From Phoronis australis (taxonomy: Eukaryota; Animalia; Phoronida), in the NCBI GenBank assembly GCA_002633005.1, contig NMRA01000024.1, forward strand, positions 186,001-250,000: a stretch of DNA of 64,000 bases, given 5' to 3'. The notes under the pieces were generated by a model. The model did not search any database. It was given only the letters and a program-made list of their open reading frames with translations, and was not told the origin of the DNA. Positions 37,305 to 51,482 of the stretch are shown piece by piece (positions within the stretch are counted from its first letter, which is position 1; every line of letters starts with the position of its first letter). The position numbers and the translations under genes are program-made.

Positions 37305-40160
37305 TTAACAGGGTAACGTTCTCCCATTTGGCCAACGATACCTGGCCACTGGACAACGCTGTTCCTCGTATTAGAACGTGACCTCGTTTTGGAAATCAAG
37401 CACGTTTTCACAAATCATGTCGGAGATCGGCGAGGTGTATAGCCGCACAGGCGTCCTCAGCTTCCGATCGTCCCCAAAACACTATATATAATATACCCCA
37501 AGGTATGACACTCGGGATAAGGACTTGAAGGAGTTATGGAAGGATGTAGGGAAAATGTCTTGTTTGAGACATCATCATAAAACTGGTGTCACAACTTTTT
37601 CGTTACTCAGATTAGATATGATTTCTGACAGTTCGTTCAAAAAGTTGTGCTTCAATGGCTTATCGTTTTATGCAGCCATACCATGGGACACAAAATTATC
37701 GTGTTAACGAAATGATACATTTTTCGAGTCTCATCTTCTTAACAATGAAGTGACAGTCCTTCCTCAAGCCCAGAAATCACTTCTAATTTGAACATTGTGG
37801 GACAAATTTTTAACAGTAATTAAAGAGCCGTCGAACCCATATTTTCTGTCAATAATTTTAGTTTTGACGTAGTCCCGTTGGCTCCTAGTCTTGTCCCTTA
37901 CTCAGTTTAGAAGTGATCGCTGAGCTCGGGAAGAATTGACAGGTTCGTTATTTCATCAGACCAAGCAAATTAAATTTCAGCTCACAGTGTTAATTATATT
38001 CTCCAGATGCGAGGAGAGATTTCTGGGTTTGCAAGTTTACACAGAACTGAATTTTTGCCGATAAATTACATAATAATTAGGATATGCTTAGTACGTTTGC
38101 TTGTGAAGCAACAAGACAATTGCTTGCCACCTGTTGTATTGTGGGTAAATAAACTTAGAATGAGAGTGGTGCTGCACAATTTCAGGACGGGCCGGCTACC
38201 TCCAGTGGTTCTCTTCCTCATACTTTTTACATTATCATAGGTAAAAGTATAGTCCCACAACTGATTCGTGGACGATAGTGAATGCACCAGCAAGATTAGT
38301 GCATTAGCTCAGCTGGCGTACCTTATATTCATCAGAGTAATGCGAAGAGAGATTTCTGGTATTCCCTGCTCAACATCATATGAACCCGCTCCTCACCTCA
38401 AATTCAGACCACTTACCGTTATCGCATCCGCCTCAAATTGTTTCTTAGTCAAACTGGAGGTGACTTCAGGCTTCGGAAGCCCTGTTAGTTCTCTGGAGAC
38501 CGTGCTCGGCCAATCAAGTGACATACCGTGATAAGACAACTTGCAGCTAGAGACGGGTCTCATTAACGAACGATCAAAATCACTTTTCATCTGTGTATGG
38601 AACATGTCCAGATCAATCTCGCATAGGTAATTACGATAGTCCAAATCAAAAGATCTCTTCTTGGACGGCACGTGACTTTTTAGCCGCTTTGAATTTGTTT
38701 TATGTGGCGGCAAATTTTTGAGGACGTTGTCGTATATCAGTCAGTAGTGCCAGCGATAAGGTGGGTAAGAAGTGGAATACGTTCTTGATGGTATTCTTAG
38801 TTTTATGATATCAGACATTTATTTATAAAGTGGTATAAAGTACAAGAATTATAGTAAGTTCCGTGGCAGTGTTCAGGCCCAGGAGTGGTTCATTTACTTT
38901 ATCATTTTTCCAATTGTACTTTTCAATCCGACAATGAAACTATGTGTTTTTAAAAACCTCTTGCCAAGAAAGGTGATTTTATGTACCCAGGTGCTTGCAG
39001 TCGTGTCGTGCTTACTACACACTAAATTAATCCGATTAACGGCAAACCTGTGTGTCCGTGAAAGCGAATGATGTGATTTGTCCGGTTACAGTCCCCCTAC
39101 AAAGCCGACGATAGCTTTATCCGGCTATTTACTTTGAATTATTTGGAATGGTCACTACACGCATTGCTAAGAATAATGAAACTTAGCCTAAATACTGAAA
39201 AAATGAGTTAAGTTCAACTAATAAAGTAAAAATATAGTCACACAACTTGCTAAATACATTTTTTGGCTCAATATGTACTAAAACGAATCATTTTCAAATG
39301 CACAGATGCGGTAACTGTCTAGTAAATTTATGGTCTTGGAAACATTACACTATAGACCCAATCCACGCGGCGGACATTAAAATCCAAAGCGAGGCTCACT
39401 GCGATAAACAAAGCAGAAATTTACTTGCGTGAGTTAAATGGCCGGTCTTTGGATTCCAACATGAATATTAAATCTTAAAAAATGTGTCAATAATTAACCA
39501 CAGAGACGTAGAAAAATACAGTTAAAGAACAAGTCAATGCACCAAAGAGTTGTCTGACGAAAGGATATATAAGTTTTTTTCCGGAAAGCTAGGTTCGAAA
39601 CATGAAAAGTAAACATGACCAAATTGCCGCGATCGAGTGTTATGGATTAGGTATCATGCTGAATGCAGGGTTACGTTTCTTCTAATAAATTCTTGATAAA
39701 AATGCTTTCTACACAAACCAGGTCATCTGGTCGTATTGTTGACGAGTTGACGATATATTCGACAGTGGTGGCTCATATCATTTTGCTGTCATGAGCAATT
39801 AGTCATATCTGGTTTAATTTGTTGATCAAGAGTAGGCCTATTACCTTCAAGCATAGCCTAGGTCCTGGTGAGGTAAGCACTACCGGGACTAAAAGTTGAT
39901 TTGTCATTGATCTGAAATAATACTTGATGTCATCAAATATATATTTTGATTACGATAAAAAACCAGGCTCGAAATTGAAAATAAAAATTATATGACCATC
40001 AATTCTGCTTTCTTGGTTTTAATAATTACGCCTATTTCATGTGTTATATTTTTCAAATGTCAATCTCGACCAAGTTGAATTTTAAAAATAAAACACCTAA
40101 TTCTTTCGTCCAAAGCATAACCTCGTTTTAGAGCTCAATTTCAGTTAACTGGACAGAACA

Positions 40161-40296
40161 CAGTGGCGGATTTAGAGGGGAGCCAAGGGGGCCATGCCCC
40201 CCTAAACTTATCCCAGATTCCATTTGGCAGTTCAGGAAAAATCCTGGCTAATACTCTGTCTTGCCCCTCCCTAACTCAAAGTCCTGGATACCCCTG
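40161..40296. mobile_element. CAG...CTG MITE with 5-bp TSD (gaaca), nested
   Basis: gaaca|CAGTGGCGGA...CCCCTG|gaaca. Confidence 0.65.
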
Positions 40297-40488
40297 GAAC
40301 AAGCATAGTTATCATGTTTCTTCAGAGGTCTCGTTCATATCCGAGGGGAAAGGTGCCTGTGCGGCCTTCTGAGAGGGGAACGTTTCGCCGAGTGACGGGT
40401 AAGTGAAAAATCTACTGACCTCCCGATCACCATCAATAGCACCCCGCCCTGTTGCAAGCTCTCATAGCTCTGTCTCAAGTAGCATTTT

Positions 40489-40752
40489 CAGTGGCTGATC
40501 TAAGATACCATGAGGGGGGCCGACAAGCGGGCAAAGCGCGATTGTATGCACGCAGGCGGCCCGGAAGTTGCGGGCGCCGAGGATGTATACCTTCTGCTCA
40601 GGAAGTAAAAAAAAAAACGGAACGTGTTTTCCCCCCTCGTCCGCTCCCGGTCCTAGCTCGAACTCAGTCCCGCTTCACGTGCGTTTTGCTGGTTTATTTT
40701 GCTTGCGACAGTCAAGGGGGGGGGGGAGCCTGCCCCCCTAAGTCCGCCAATG
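40489..40752. mobile_element. CAG...ATG MITE with 5-bp TSD (atttt), nested
   Basis: atttt|CAGTGGCTGATCTAAG...CTAAGTCCGCCAATG|atttt. Confidence 0.7.
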
Positions 40753-41312
40753 ATTTTGTACTTTTTCAAATTGTCACCTCTGTGGTCACAGGTGATTTGA
40801 ACCGTTGGAGAGAAATTTTCGATCACTAAGGGAATTTTTAGGCCTCGTGGGGCCGGGAATTTGCGTGGTTTTTCAATATTTTTGAGAGGGGAATAGGGCC
40901 GATATTTGGCCCCAAAAATGAGGGATTGAGGGCCCTGTCCTTTTTGTAAAAAAAATGCATCGCTCTTCAACCCATAGTCATGAAAACACAGACTGGTTGG
41001 CCGAAGATTTTCCGGTCCTCGTTGCTATGGCGGCATCCGAGATGCGACAAGTTATGATTCGAAAAAAGTTATAAATTTTACACGGACATATTTTCCTTCG
41101 TCGCGGCGTATGGCAATGACCCAACGCTTCCGAATTCCAACGTCCTTGGGGATTGTAAAACAGACAGTTCAGTGTCCGTATTTTTTCTAGCTGTTCGGGC
41201 AACGCGGTGTACAACTATGCGGATAAGCCACCAGAGCTATCGTAGCGAGCCTCGTTTTGGAACGCGCCTCCTGTCGGCGTGAATAGCGTCTATAGTAAGT
41301 CTTCACTCTAAG

Positions 41313-43309
41313 CAAGGAGTGTAGGAGTATAGGAGAGTTCACTTGTGAGTTCGCTGTTACCGCTACTGCTAGCGCCGCCAAGTGGTGAACAAGCAACTGT
41401 CAACCAGGAAGCGCCAAAACAATGGGGAAGGACGCATTTTGCAGTGCGATAACTTTCATGAATTCATCCACGAAAACCCCAGACGTGTCACTTTTTAGGT
41501 TTCCTAAGGATCCAGAAAGGTAAGGATTATCTGTTATTCAATAACATGATACATTGGCTTTCATTTTGTGTGTTCTGGGTCCGGTCTCCAATCTTTTTAC
41601 TCGAAACGAAACTCGAAATTAGGTTTGGCATTTTCTACTCTACTTTTGGGCGAAATCAAGATAAGTGTCTATGATTCTATGCTCGAGTACACAATAACTT
41701 ACGTAGATAATTTATTGCCCTTAGTTCACAGTTTGTAAACCCAATATTAAAGCAATAAGTTCGAGTTTGAACTCGAAATTTCGATTTTTTACTCGAGTTT
41801 GTAGCACGAATATAAGGGTCTTCAAGGGCAAACTTGAACTAGAAACTCCTATGCATAAACTATAATGTATTCGAGCACAGTCTGATAACCAATTATCTTA
41901 AGTTCGCACAAAAGGAGCAGAGAAATTGCCAAAAATAATTTCGAGTTCGTTTCGAGTACAAAGATTAGAGACCGTGCCCTGTTCACGGTTGTTAGACAAG
42001 TCGATCACAGTCCCGTTGCCACTGTCTGTTGTTTGCAGTGTAGGCTAGGCGTACTGTACAGTCGGGCTGCCGGCGGAAGGACTATGATGAACGTACGATG
42101 TGATCGTCAGCTTTTTGAATACTTGCAGTCCATCAATTCCAAATCAAAATGTCACCCGTACGATCGCAGGGACAATTTTAGGAAAACAGGCCCATGGCCA
42201 TGAGTAATATGACTGGTGACACAGCCATGGCACAATCACAGCCACAGGGCCACTAAGTCTGTCATGAGTCAAGTTAGCGAATCTGTGGGTCTCGGTGATA
42301 AGGTGAAAAATCCGAACATAATTTTAATGTGCCAGTTGGACCAATTAAGTTAAGTAGTGTGTCATTGAAAACTTAATTCTTAGTGTGTCAATGATGCGGA
42401 GGTGCGGCCCTGTTAAAATATCCGTGGATCAACATTTGAGTCCGAGTTTTTTTCAGTTGACACCAAAACGCTTTTGTCTCTATCACAATCACAGTATACT
42501 ACGACAGGAATTCTGTAGTGTAGTGTACTTTAGTGTAGGCGACCAGTCTTCTGTGAACCTAGTGAGTATGAGGTCTGTTCCTGAGTCTCTCAGTCATTGC
42601 TAGTACTAGCCTGGTGCATTGAATAGTGAACACATGTGAAGTTTTTGGGTGGAGATGAAACCAGCAGTGAGCTGGGAGCTTCATGTTTGTCAATGGTCAG
42701 GGGAGCAACCAAAATTTGTGACGATGGTAGGGGCTCAACACCCATGTGGCATACCCCATTGGTTTTTACTTGTTTAGCACTCCTCCCATGTAACCCCCCT
42801 GGTAGGGGGTCAACACTCATTTGGCGCCCACCTGGTTTTTGCCTGGTACCTCCTTAGCTGGCACCTGGGGGGGAATTCCCCTCTGAACCCCCAGGAGCAA
42901 TCATTCAAATTATGTAGTCCATGGAGGTAAGAACTGTTATAAGGAACGATAATTACCTTGTTAAGAACTCAAACATGAAACAAAACCATGATGAATTTTG
43001 AAGGCCGGGAGCTTCAAGACAATAATAAAAACAAATACACTTTAATATTGATTAAAATACACATTTTCGTTCTCATTCGATTATAAGTGGATGTTAATTT
43101 ATGTATTCTAACCATTTTCGATCACACATTAATTTTATTGCACGTTGAATGTCGTTAAAGTATGAATTTATCAGTGTTTACATTGTTCGAACTGGGCTCT
43201 AACTAAGTGTTGATTATTCACCGCTTGGGGCGCTAGTGTTTCGACCGGTAACCATTGCGGCGAATGGTAAAATGGCGGAGTGAACTCTCCTATACTCGTA
43301 CACTCCTTG
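41313..43309 (+). mobile_element. Non-autonomous P-superfamily element, unit B only
   Basis: 31-bp TIR CAAGGAGTGTAGGAGTATAGGAGAGTTCACT (1 mismatch); 7-bp TSD ctctaag; empty site in A (~11837); THAP exon 1 MGKDAFCSAITF...SLFRFPKDPER|gtaag at 41422-41519. Confidence 0.85.
41578..41978. mobile_element. PIF/Harbinger-type MITE nested in the P-like element
   Basis: GG...CC termini, ~40-bp imperfect TIR, 3-bp CTG TSD. Confidence 0.75.
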
Positions 43310-46300
43310 CTCTAAGTATGCGCCGTTGTTTCCGCAGCTTCGTCTCCATGCCTGAAGATGGCGCTGATCAGGTTAGCCAAAGACGTCTCGTGGTCGGTCT
43401 CTGGTTTGCAAACGCGACCCAGTCTCTCCATAACTTTTTCCGCTTTGTGTCGTGATGTGAGCCGATCCAACGGAAGTAAAATACCCGGGGGTAAAACTGT
43501 ACTCAGTTTAGCTGTCTCAAACATGCAATACGAACTCAAGGTTTAAATTTATCATTTTCATTGCACAAATCTCCCCTCCTTCGATCATTACTAACATTAG
43601 CAATTTTCCGTCAGCGCATCATTTGTGTGTCAAATATATATGCGAGTTGTTTGAGACTTGACTGGCATTGACAGACCTCTTTCAAGAACTCCGAAAAGAA
43701 AGAGTTTGTGATCCGCTTTTAAATCAAAATAAGTCATATGTCATACATACATGTACCTCGTCATCTCGCGAAGTGTAGCGAGTGTACAAAGTTGGAGAGA
43801 CTAGGACACGTTTAGTCATTTGCAGCTTCGTTCACAAGCCTCAAGATAGCGCTTATCGGTTTAGTCCATAGACTTCACAATACTGATGTCTATTTATCCA
43901 TTTTGAGGCATTTTCAAGAAAGGCGTCGCTCTAGTCGGTGGGTCGCCAACTGAAGCGACGTCTTTCGATGCATTTTGAGACTTGGAGTCAGAGGAAGTAT
44001 ACCTTGTGCGTGCTTGTTGGCCATAGACGACGTTCACCGCTAGACTGACACATGAGAAACCTTCAAGCACGTGAACTTTGAATACTTAGATACCAGTTCT
44101 TGAAGGTTTTTGTCCTTTAGTCTTTGATGTGATATATTTTTCCAGGAGATCTAATTTTGATATTTTCACAGGGTTGTTCTCGGCTGTCATTCATTATTGA
44201 CGGTTTGAAATAAGGTAGTTCGCGCACTTATTTGCGGTTCTTTTTTATTGATAGCACCGTAGAAATTATTCCGTTTTTGAATCAAAATTGCTGCACAAGT
44301 ACCGTTAGTTTTGATTCTAACTTGAATTATATTACAGCACATTTCAATGTTGATATAACTTTGTAGCACTCATAATATTCAGGGGATTTCCGCAAAAATA
44401 TTCAGAATTTTAGCAAGTAAATTTCTGCTCACCAAGCTTCAAAAGGTTAAAATGATCAGCGCCATCTTGATGCTTGAGGACAAGGCTGGTAAATGCACTA
44501 CTGATCATGTTTCCAAACGGAGAACGTATGTGACGAGATCGCATCATTTTTCTTATTCTTGCCTCATAGGTCACTGCCCGCGCGACGCCGGGGCCTTTTC
44601 GTGCTTAAAGCTCTTTTCCAGTGCACGCTATTCCCTTCTCGCGGACGGATACTCTCCTCTCCATTACCCCTTTCGCGTCTCATGGACCATCTTTCCTTGG
44701 TTGCATTCGATCAATTCAGATATCGCATATTCTTTGTTTGCCCGCGAACGCTTGTTTTTGCCTTACAGAGACATTTGTCAATCGCCGGAACTGCCCGACT
44801 ACGAAATGGGTCAGCTTAGGAATTCAGCTTCTCATAACCCGCCCATAAGCGTGATTATCTCGCTGTTGTTTACGTTGACGAGAGTGCAGTTAAATGCTCT
44901 TTACCCATTTACTGGAATGTTCAGTAGAATTTTCAATGCATCTATTTTTTAGTTTTCACTGTTCTAGATTAAAGCTGTAGTTGTGGGCGATTCTGTGTAG
45001 GGAACATCATCAGTTTTGCAGCCGTAAAATGCTGTTTTTGGGAATGTTGTAAGGATTGGACTGACACCTTGCAGTTTTAGCTTTGGCCAGAACTACAAAA
45101 CAAGATCCGTTGTGATTCTGTGATTTCATTGCAATTCGCGAATTCTCGCCGATGTCAGTCAATCACTCGTGGAAATCAAGGCCGGTGTCTTTACCATTTC
45201 ATGGGCGGCGCAGCACCGAAAAAACGGGGGGCTTTAAACTAAAGAAGACTCTGCCATTTAGCGAGTGATGTTTGGATCAGCGGTTGAGTGTTTAGATGAG
45301 GCTGCCAAGAGTAGTATATTTCCCTTGTTTTGGCCGATGGTTATACCCGAGTAAAGACTGGAATTTCTAGTTCCCTCGAAGAATCCCAATATAAAGCCGC
45401 GTTTCGTGCTGATCTCACTTTAAACACACTTCGAATTCTTAATCTAATGTTTTCAGCTAATTGGTGTCGAAAACTTGGTAAATGAAATTCTAAACATTGC
45501 ATGTGCAATTTGCAATCGTCGCTGTACAACACGTGTGCATTATACAGCAACGATTTCACCACTCGTAAGAACGAGAGCGTTTGCAAGGGAACTAGTTAGC
45601 GGTTCATATAATTATGTAGGCGGAATTGTCGACTGCTTTCAGCATGGAAACGAGAACAGGCAATAAGAAGACTGACAAAACATTGAAGGTTTTGAAAAAA
45701 ACATGGTCCATTCTACTCATGTCGCGCTGTGCAGTCTCTTGCATATAGTCGGCATACTCCTACTCGTGCAATGGCCGTGAGACACAAGCAATGTTCGTGG
45801 TACAATTTGATCGTTATTTTCTACATTACCACTATGTTATGTTGAAATAATGACATTAAATGAATGCTAGTACCTTCATTGCCGATGTCATAGTTCCCTG
45901 TGTTTGTGCCATAAACGCCAAGTTCACACGAAAATAGGACCATCTAATGTTGTGACTTCTGACTTTGAAAATGCCATATGTGACAGTTCGTTGTAGAGAC
46001 CAAGCCCGACAGTGACATTTCGTGGCAAGTTAATCTTGGGTCCGTTTCTTGAAACTTTCTCTGTCTTAATTTAGACCGAAATCGGACAAGCTGACGTCAT
46101 AGCCTACTGTTATTGCAGACGACACAGATACACATTAATTAATTCTGTTGTCTGTTCATGATGTCATTATATATATGGCGCGAATCTGCTAGGTTGTTTA
46201 CTGAACGGCCGCGAACAATCTATCTATCCGTAAAAAAAATCTGCCTCGTGATTTGTCATGACCCCATTGTACGACTACCTGAATCTATTGTGCAAGTGTT

Positions 46301-46505
46301 CTTAAAGAGGCATGGAAAGCTAAAACTCATAAAAATACCTTTCAAAAGGATTGTGGAAAATCTGCTTCTTAGGAATGCTAACGGGGAGAATTATTTACTT
46401 TGAATACTTCAAGAATTTCTAAACAAAACCGCCGGCTTCTCTACAAAGGTACTGAACAACTGCTTCAGAGCTCACGTGACCTACAAATCAATTTTTCATT
46501 GGGTT

Positions 46506-46510
<5 letters not shown>

Positions 46511-46573
<63 letters not shown>
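46511..46573. repeat. (GT)n microsatellite
   Basis: Direct observation. Confidence 0.95.
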
Positions 46574-46577
<4 letters not shown>

Positions 46578-46672
46578 TATACCCCGGTCCCACCTGCCCA
46601 CCTGTTAAGTTTTTGTAATACTTGACGTGATCTCAAAATTTCTATTGTAAAAATAGTTTCTGTTTTTCTACT

Positions 46673-49600
46673 ATGATTGGAATTAATATCTTTTTCAGTT
46701 AATTGCCAGGGTTTAGGAACCCCAGAAAAAAGAAGAGATGTCTTTAATTATATAAAAAGTAAAGCATTTAACATATATCGTCTACAAGACACTCACCTTG
46801 CTTGTGATTTGGAGCCGTACATTGAATCTCAGTGGGGTTACACTTGTTATTTCAGCTCTTACTAGAACAACTAAAGAGGAGTAGCTATTCTATTTAACAA
46901 TAACTTTGAGTTAACTGTTGAAAATGTGAGAAAGGATTCTACGGGAAATTATGTTATTGTAGAAAGAATTGTGGAGGGAGAGAGAGAGTCATTCTTGTAA
47001 TTTTTATACGGTTCAAATACTGATAACTTGGACTATTTTCAATAATTGAAGAAATTGATGTTGATAAGTTTATTTTATGTGGAGATTTTAATTTAGTTCT
47101 GAGTTAAGAGCTGGATACTTGCAATTATAGATCTTGTAATAATCCAAACGCTACAAAATTTCTATAGGGAATAATTAATACGTTTGATGTCTGTGATCCC
47201 TTTCGAGAATTTTTTTCCTTCAAAGAGAAGATTCACTTGGTGAAGAAAAAAATACAATTAAGCAGGCTAGGCTTGACTTTTTTCTGGTTTCCAAAACTTT
47301 GATGCATTGTGTCCAAAGAATTTCTATAGATCAGACCATTCTGGAGTCTTGTTAATCCAAAAATTTTGAGAAATTACTAGAGGTAAAGGACTCTGGAAAT
47401 TTAACAATTCACTTTTAAATGACAACGCATATGTAGATATCGTTCAAGATACAATAACTGATGTTAAAAAGCAAAATAGCAATATGCCGTTTCGGTATAC
47501 CATTTATATAGAATTCAAAATATTTCGAACAGTGTGATTCAGTTTGTTATAAATGATCAATTATTTTTGGATGTGCTGTTAATGGAAATAAGAAAAAAAT
47601 ACTATTTTTACTCGATTAAAAAAGGAACAGTTAGTAAGTCAAGAGAATATGTTAGAGAAAGAAATAGAGAATTTAGAACGTGTTGATGATAGAAAATTTG
47701 AAGATTTAGAAAGGAAAAAGAGTGCCTTTCTAGAAATAAGGTCAGAGAAATTAAAAGGGTATTACGTCAGATCCACGACAAAATGGATAGAGGACGGGGA
47801 ATGCCTAACAAAATATTTTTGTAGCTTAGAATCGAGACATTTTTATAACAAATTGATGTATGAAATAGAATTGGAAAATGGAGAAATAATTACAAATCAA
47901 GAAAAGATACTAGACGTCCCCGCGAATATTTACAAAAATCTTTATTCTGACAACAGTTCTACTGAAAAAAGTAAAATAGAGAACCTTATTGTTTCAAATA
48001 AGCTTCCCGATAATTTTGCTATGGAGCTTGGGGGACCCATAAGATATGAAGAACTCTGAACAGTATTGAAAAATTCAAAAACTGAAAAAACCCAGGTCAG
48101 ATGGTTTCACAAATGAATTCTTCAAGTTTCTCTGGAAAGATTTAGACTATTTTGTTTTAAGACACATAAATGAAAGCTATGAAAAAACCGCAATGTCAAA
48201 CACCCAAAAAACTGGGGTCGTAACTTTAATTCCAAATCCAGATAAGGCTTAGAAATTCATAAAAAATGGAGACTAATAACTTTGCTCAACAGTGTTTACA
48301 AGTTGGCATACGGATGTAATACTAGACGAATAAAAAAGGTACTTGGATATATGATTTCCCCGGATCAGAAGGGATTTATAAAAGGGTGATGTATGGGTGA
48401 AAATATAAGATTGACGTATGATATTATGAATTCTGTGAAAAAATGGTATACCGGGGCTGTTATTACAAATAGATTTTAAAAAAGCTTTTGATAGCTTGTC
48501 ATGGAACTTCATAAATAATGTTTTGGATATTTTTAATTTCAAGGCCTCAATTAAGCGTTGAATTAAAGCATTTTATAATTGTCCCGTGTCATGGTTCAAA
48601 ACGGTTTCCTGTCCAAATGTTTTACTCTGCACAGGGGCTGTAGACAAAGTGATCCTCTTTCTCCGTATGTTTTTATTTTATGTGCTGAAATATTAGCTAT
48701 GATGACGGAACAAGATAGAGAAATTAAAGGCATTCAAATACGAAATGATGAGTTCATACTTACTCAGTATGCTGATGACACAACGTTTTTCTTAGATGGT
48801 TCACGGCGTAGTTTGGAAGCTACTATAGAAGTTTTGAGTAGATATGCAGATATGTATGGTTTGAGAGTAAATTATTCCAAAACAAATGTTATTTGGTTGG
48901 GCAGTAAAGTATTTTATAAACATTTAAGATTATAAAATTTTAAAAGATGTTTTCCATCACGCAAGATGGAAGTTGGAATGGGACATAACGGAATTTAAGA
49001 TGCTAGGTATCAAGTTCAGTGTTAACCTACAAAAAATGATTGACATCAACTACAATGAGAGGATTGATGAAATCAATAATCTTATCAAAATTTGGTCTAG
49101 AAGAAAAATCTCCTTTTTTGGGGGAAAGTTACGGTGGTGAAGGCCTTTATGGTGCCAAAAATTATTCACATAATGACAACCCTGCCTACTCCATCAGACA
49201 TTATTATGAATGAATTGAACGCAAGCATTTTTAAGTTTATTTGGAATAACAAAATTGAGAGAGTGAAGAGAGATGTATTAATTAAAGTAAGAGCTCCATA
49301 AAGATGCGAATGATTTACTCTCGACAAGTTTATGGCATAACGATGAAATACTAATAGACAGAAAATCTATCTTCTTTAGCAAGTATGCTAGTGGTGGTGT
49401 ACTTTTTATTGATGACCTACGTGATAAAAATAACAGTTTTTACTCATTTACTGAATTTATAAAGATCTCGAACATATCTACAAACTTTTTGGAATATTGT
49501 TCTCTGATTGAGTCTATTAGGTCGTTTCTGGGGAGAACACCATTAAAAATGCAGTTAATTAAGATATATGGACCAATGATACCTTTTAATATCCCTATTT

Positions 49601-50351
49601 CTTTAAGCTGCACGTCATTATGTAAAATTGTGTATGAAATTGTCTGCCAGAACTAAATTTTGCCTATTGTCCAAAAAGATTTCAAGAAGAAGGTTATAAT
49701 TTTCGAAGTGATGAATGGAAAAATTATATTAATTGTTTTTTAAATTTACTTATTATTTCAAGTTATGTACACTGCAGTTTAAACTATTGCATAGAATACT
49801 TGTAACGAACTATTTTCTTAAAAAAATAACCTGGTGGACTCTGATATATGTACTTTCTGTCACTCAAAAAGTGAAACAGTGGATCACATCCTTTTGGAAT
49901 GCAATAACATAAAAATATTGATAGGAGAATTACGCAGTTGGGTGTTGATGGTAAAAGGTATAAATATGGTTAAGTGACAAAAAACAATGTTTTTGGCCTG
50001 CCCATAAAGTTTTAAATTGGATACTTTTGCAATTAAAACATTTTATTTACCTATCCAGGTGTAAAAAAATAATCCCCAGTTTCTTTCATTTCTTTAAGAT
50101 AGAAACAGAATTTTATAATCAAACAATAATTTTATTAAATAATGGTAATTTAGATGAATACCATGCAACCTAGAGAAACTAGTTAACCATAACTTTTGCC
50201 TGACAACATTCTACTAAAAGTGGGTGGGTATGTTGAGGGAGGGCGGGTGCGTGTTGGCGTGTGGTGTGTATGTTAAGAGTGAGAATGGCTTGATTTTTGT
50301 CTTACATGTCTGTATTTCTGTTCTGTATACCAATAAAAAAAGGTTAAAAAA
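46673..50351 (+). mobile_element. Decayed L1/Tx1-type LINE ORF2, copy B
   Basis: Same motifs and shared stops as copy A; retains ~110 bp more 3' UTR (~50195-50303). Confidence 0.92.
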
Positions 50352-50570
50352 TACTCATTGGGTATAACGATTACGAGCAAAGTCTCTGTTGTAATTGCAA
50401 GTGTAATTACGGCCAGCGATTGCAGCCGTCTCGGTAGTTTTTATTACGGGCAACATTTTCACCCCAATGACCCACGATACGGACCCTACAATTGACCAGC
50501 ATGAGTACTGAAACGTCGGTGAAACAGATATCTTTATTGATTCAAGTAGTCAAACAGTGTATTTCATCTG

Positions 50571-50857
50571 TTACACACACTGATATAGGATGGTTAGGTA
50601 CTTGAACGTGCCGACACAAGGATCTCCAAACACGCTGTTCGACGCACGGACGGCACAAGATCTCTTCCCATTGCATCTTCCGCGCATGACGCTCAAGGAT
50701 CTCCTGGATGACCCACAACGGGTGCTTCGGATTCGTCCGCCCCTGCAAGTTGAGCGATTCCTTCGTCCGTAGAGAGCCGAGATAATCCGTACGCGGGAGT
50801 GAGGCGCGCATGAGATGGACATGACTCGATGCTCACAGACTGTCCGACGGTAATAGG
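50571..50857 (-). CDS. SUEL/RBL lectin copy B, last exon (CRD3)
   Basis: Same length, splice site and motifs as copy A; TAA stop. Confidence 0.93.
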
Positions 50858-51194
50858 CTGAAATAGATCACAAATAGCTAAGTTTATAATAACATGACGC
50901 TATCGGTAACAGCGAAAAACAGACGCCACGGATTGGACAGTTGCTACCGGGATGTCTTACCCCATATACGTGGTTATAAGCACTAAGAACAAATGGGTCT
51001 CGATGCACACGATGTAGTTTCAGGTTCGAGTTTCGTTTTCCTCATTTTAATTGAATGTGTCACTACTGCATTGCTCATTTGCAAGTTTCTTTTTACAGGC
51101 CAAGTTCAGTTAATCAGAAATAAGAAAAAGAAATCGTGTTAAAACGTGTTCGCAAGTTTTGTCCAATCGCACAAATTACTTCAACATAACATAC

Positions 51195-51482
51195 CTGGCA
51201 CACAATTGTATGCAACTGACAAATACTTGAAAGTTCCAACACAAGGGTCTCCAAAGATACCGTTTGAAGCAGGCACAGCACAAGACCTTCTTCTATTGCA
51301 AATGCTGCGCATGACGGACAGCGACCTTGAAGAAGCACAGTTGGTGTTCCGCATCGATCTGCGTCTACACGTCAAGCGATTCTTGCGTCCGTACAAAGCC
51401 GATACTATTGTTATGTGTCTATGGGGCGATCTGCATCTGAGAGACAATGTTTGGTGTTCACACGCAGTTGCCCGATTGGACC
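51195..51482 (-). CDS. SUEL/RBL lectin copy B, CRD2 exon
   Basis: 288 nt; AG/GT intact; 8 Cys. Confidence 0.93.

Larger units (their letters stand above)
7571..37518 (+). repeat. Segmental duplication unit A (~30 kb)
   Basis: aaggacttgaaggagttatgg at 7571 recurs at 37519; colinear homology runs to A ~30652 = B 64000. The right boundary of A is inferred from the start of B. Confidence 0.85.
39354..41291 (-). mobile_element. Non-autonomous AT-TSD DNA transposon with THAP remnant (ISL2EU-like), unit B only
   Basis: Imperfect TIR agacccaatccacgc / gcgtgaatagcgtct; AT duplicated relative to the empty site in A (~11823); minus-strand FTIPKDVGIRKRWVIAIRRDEG near the right end. Confidence 0.72.
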
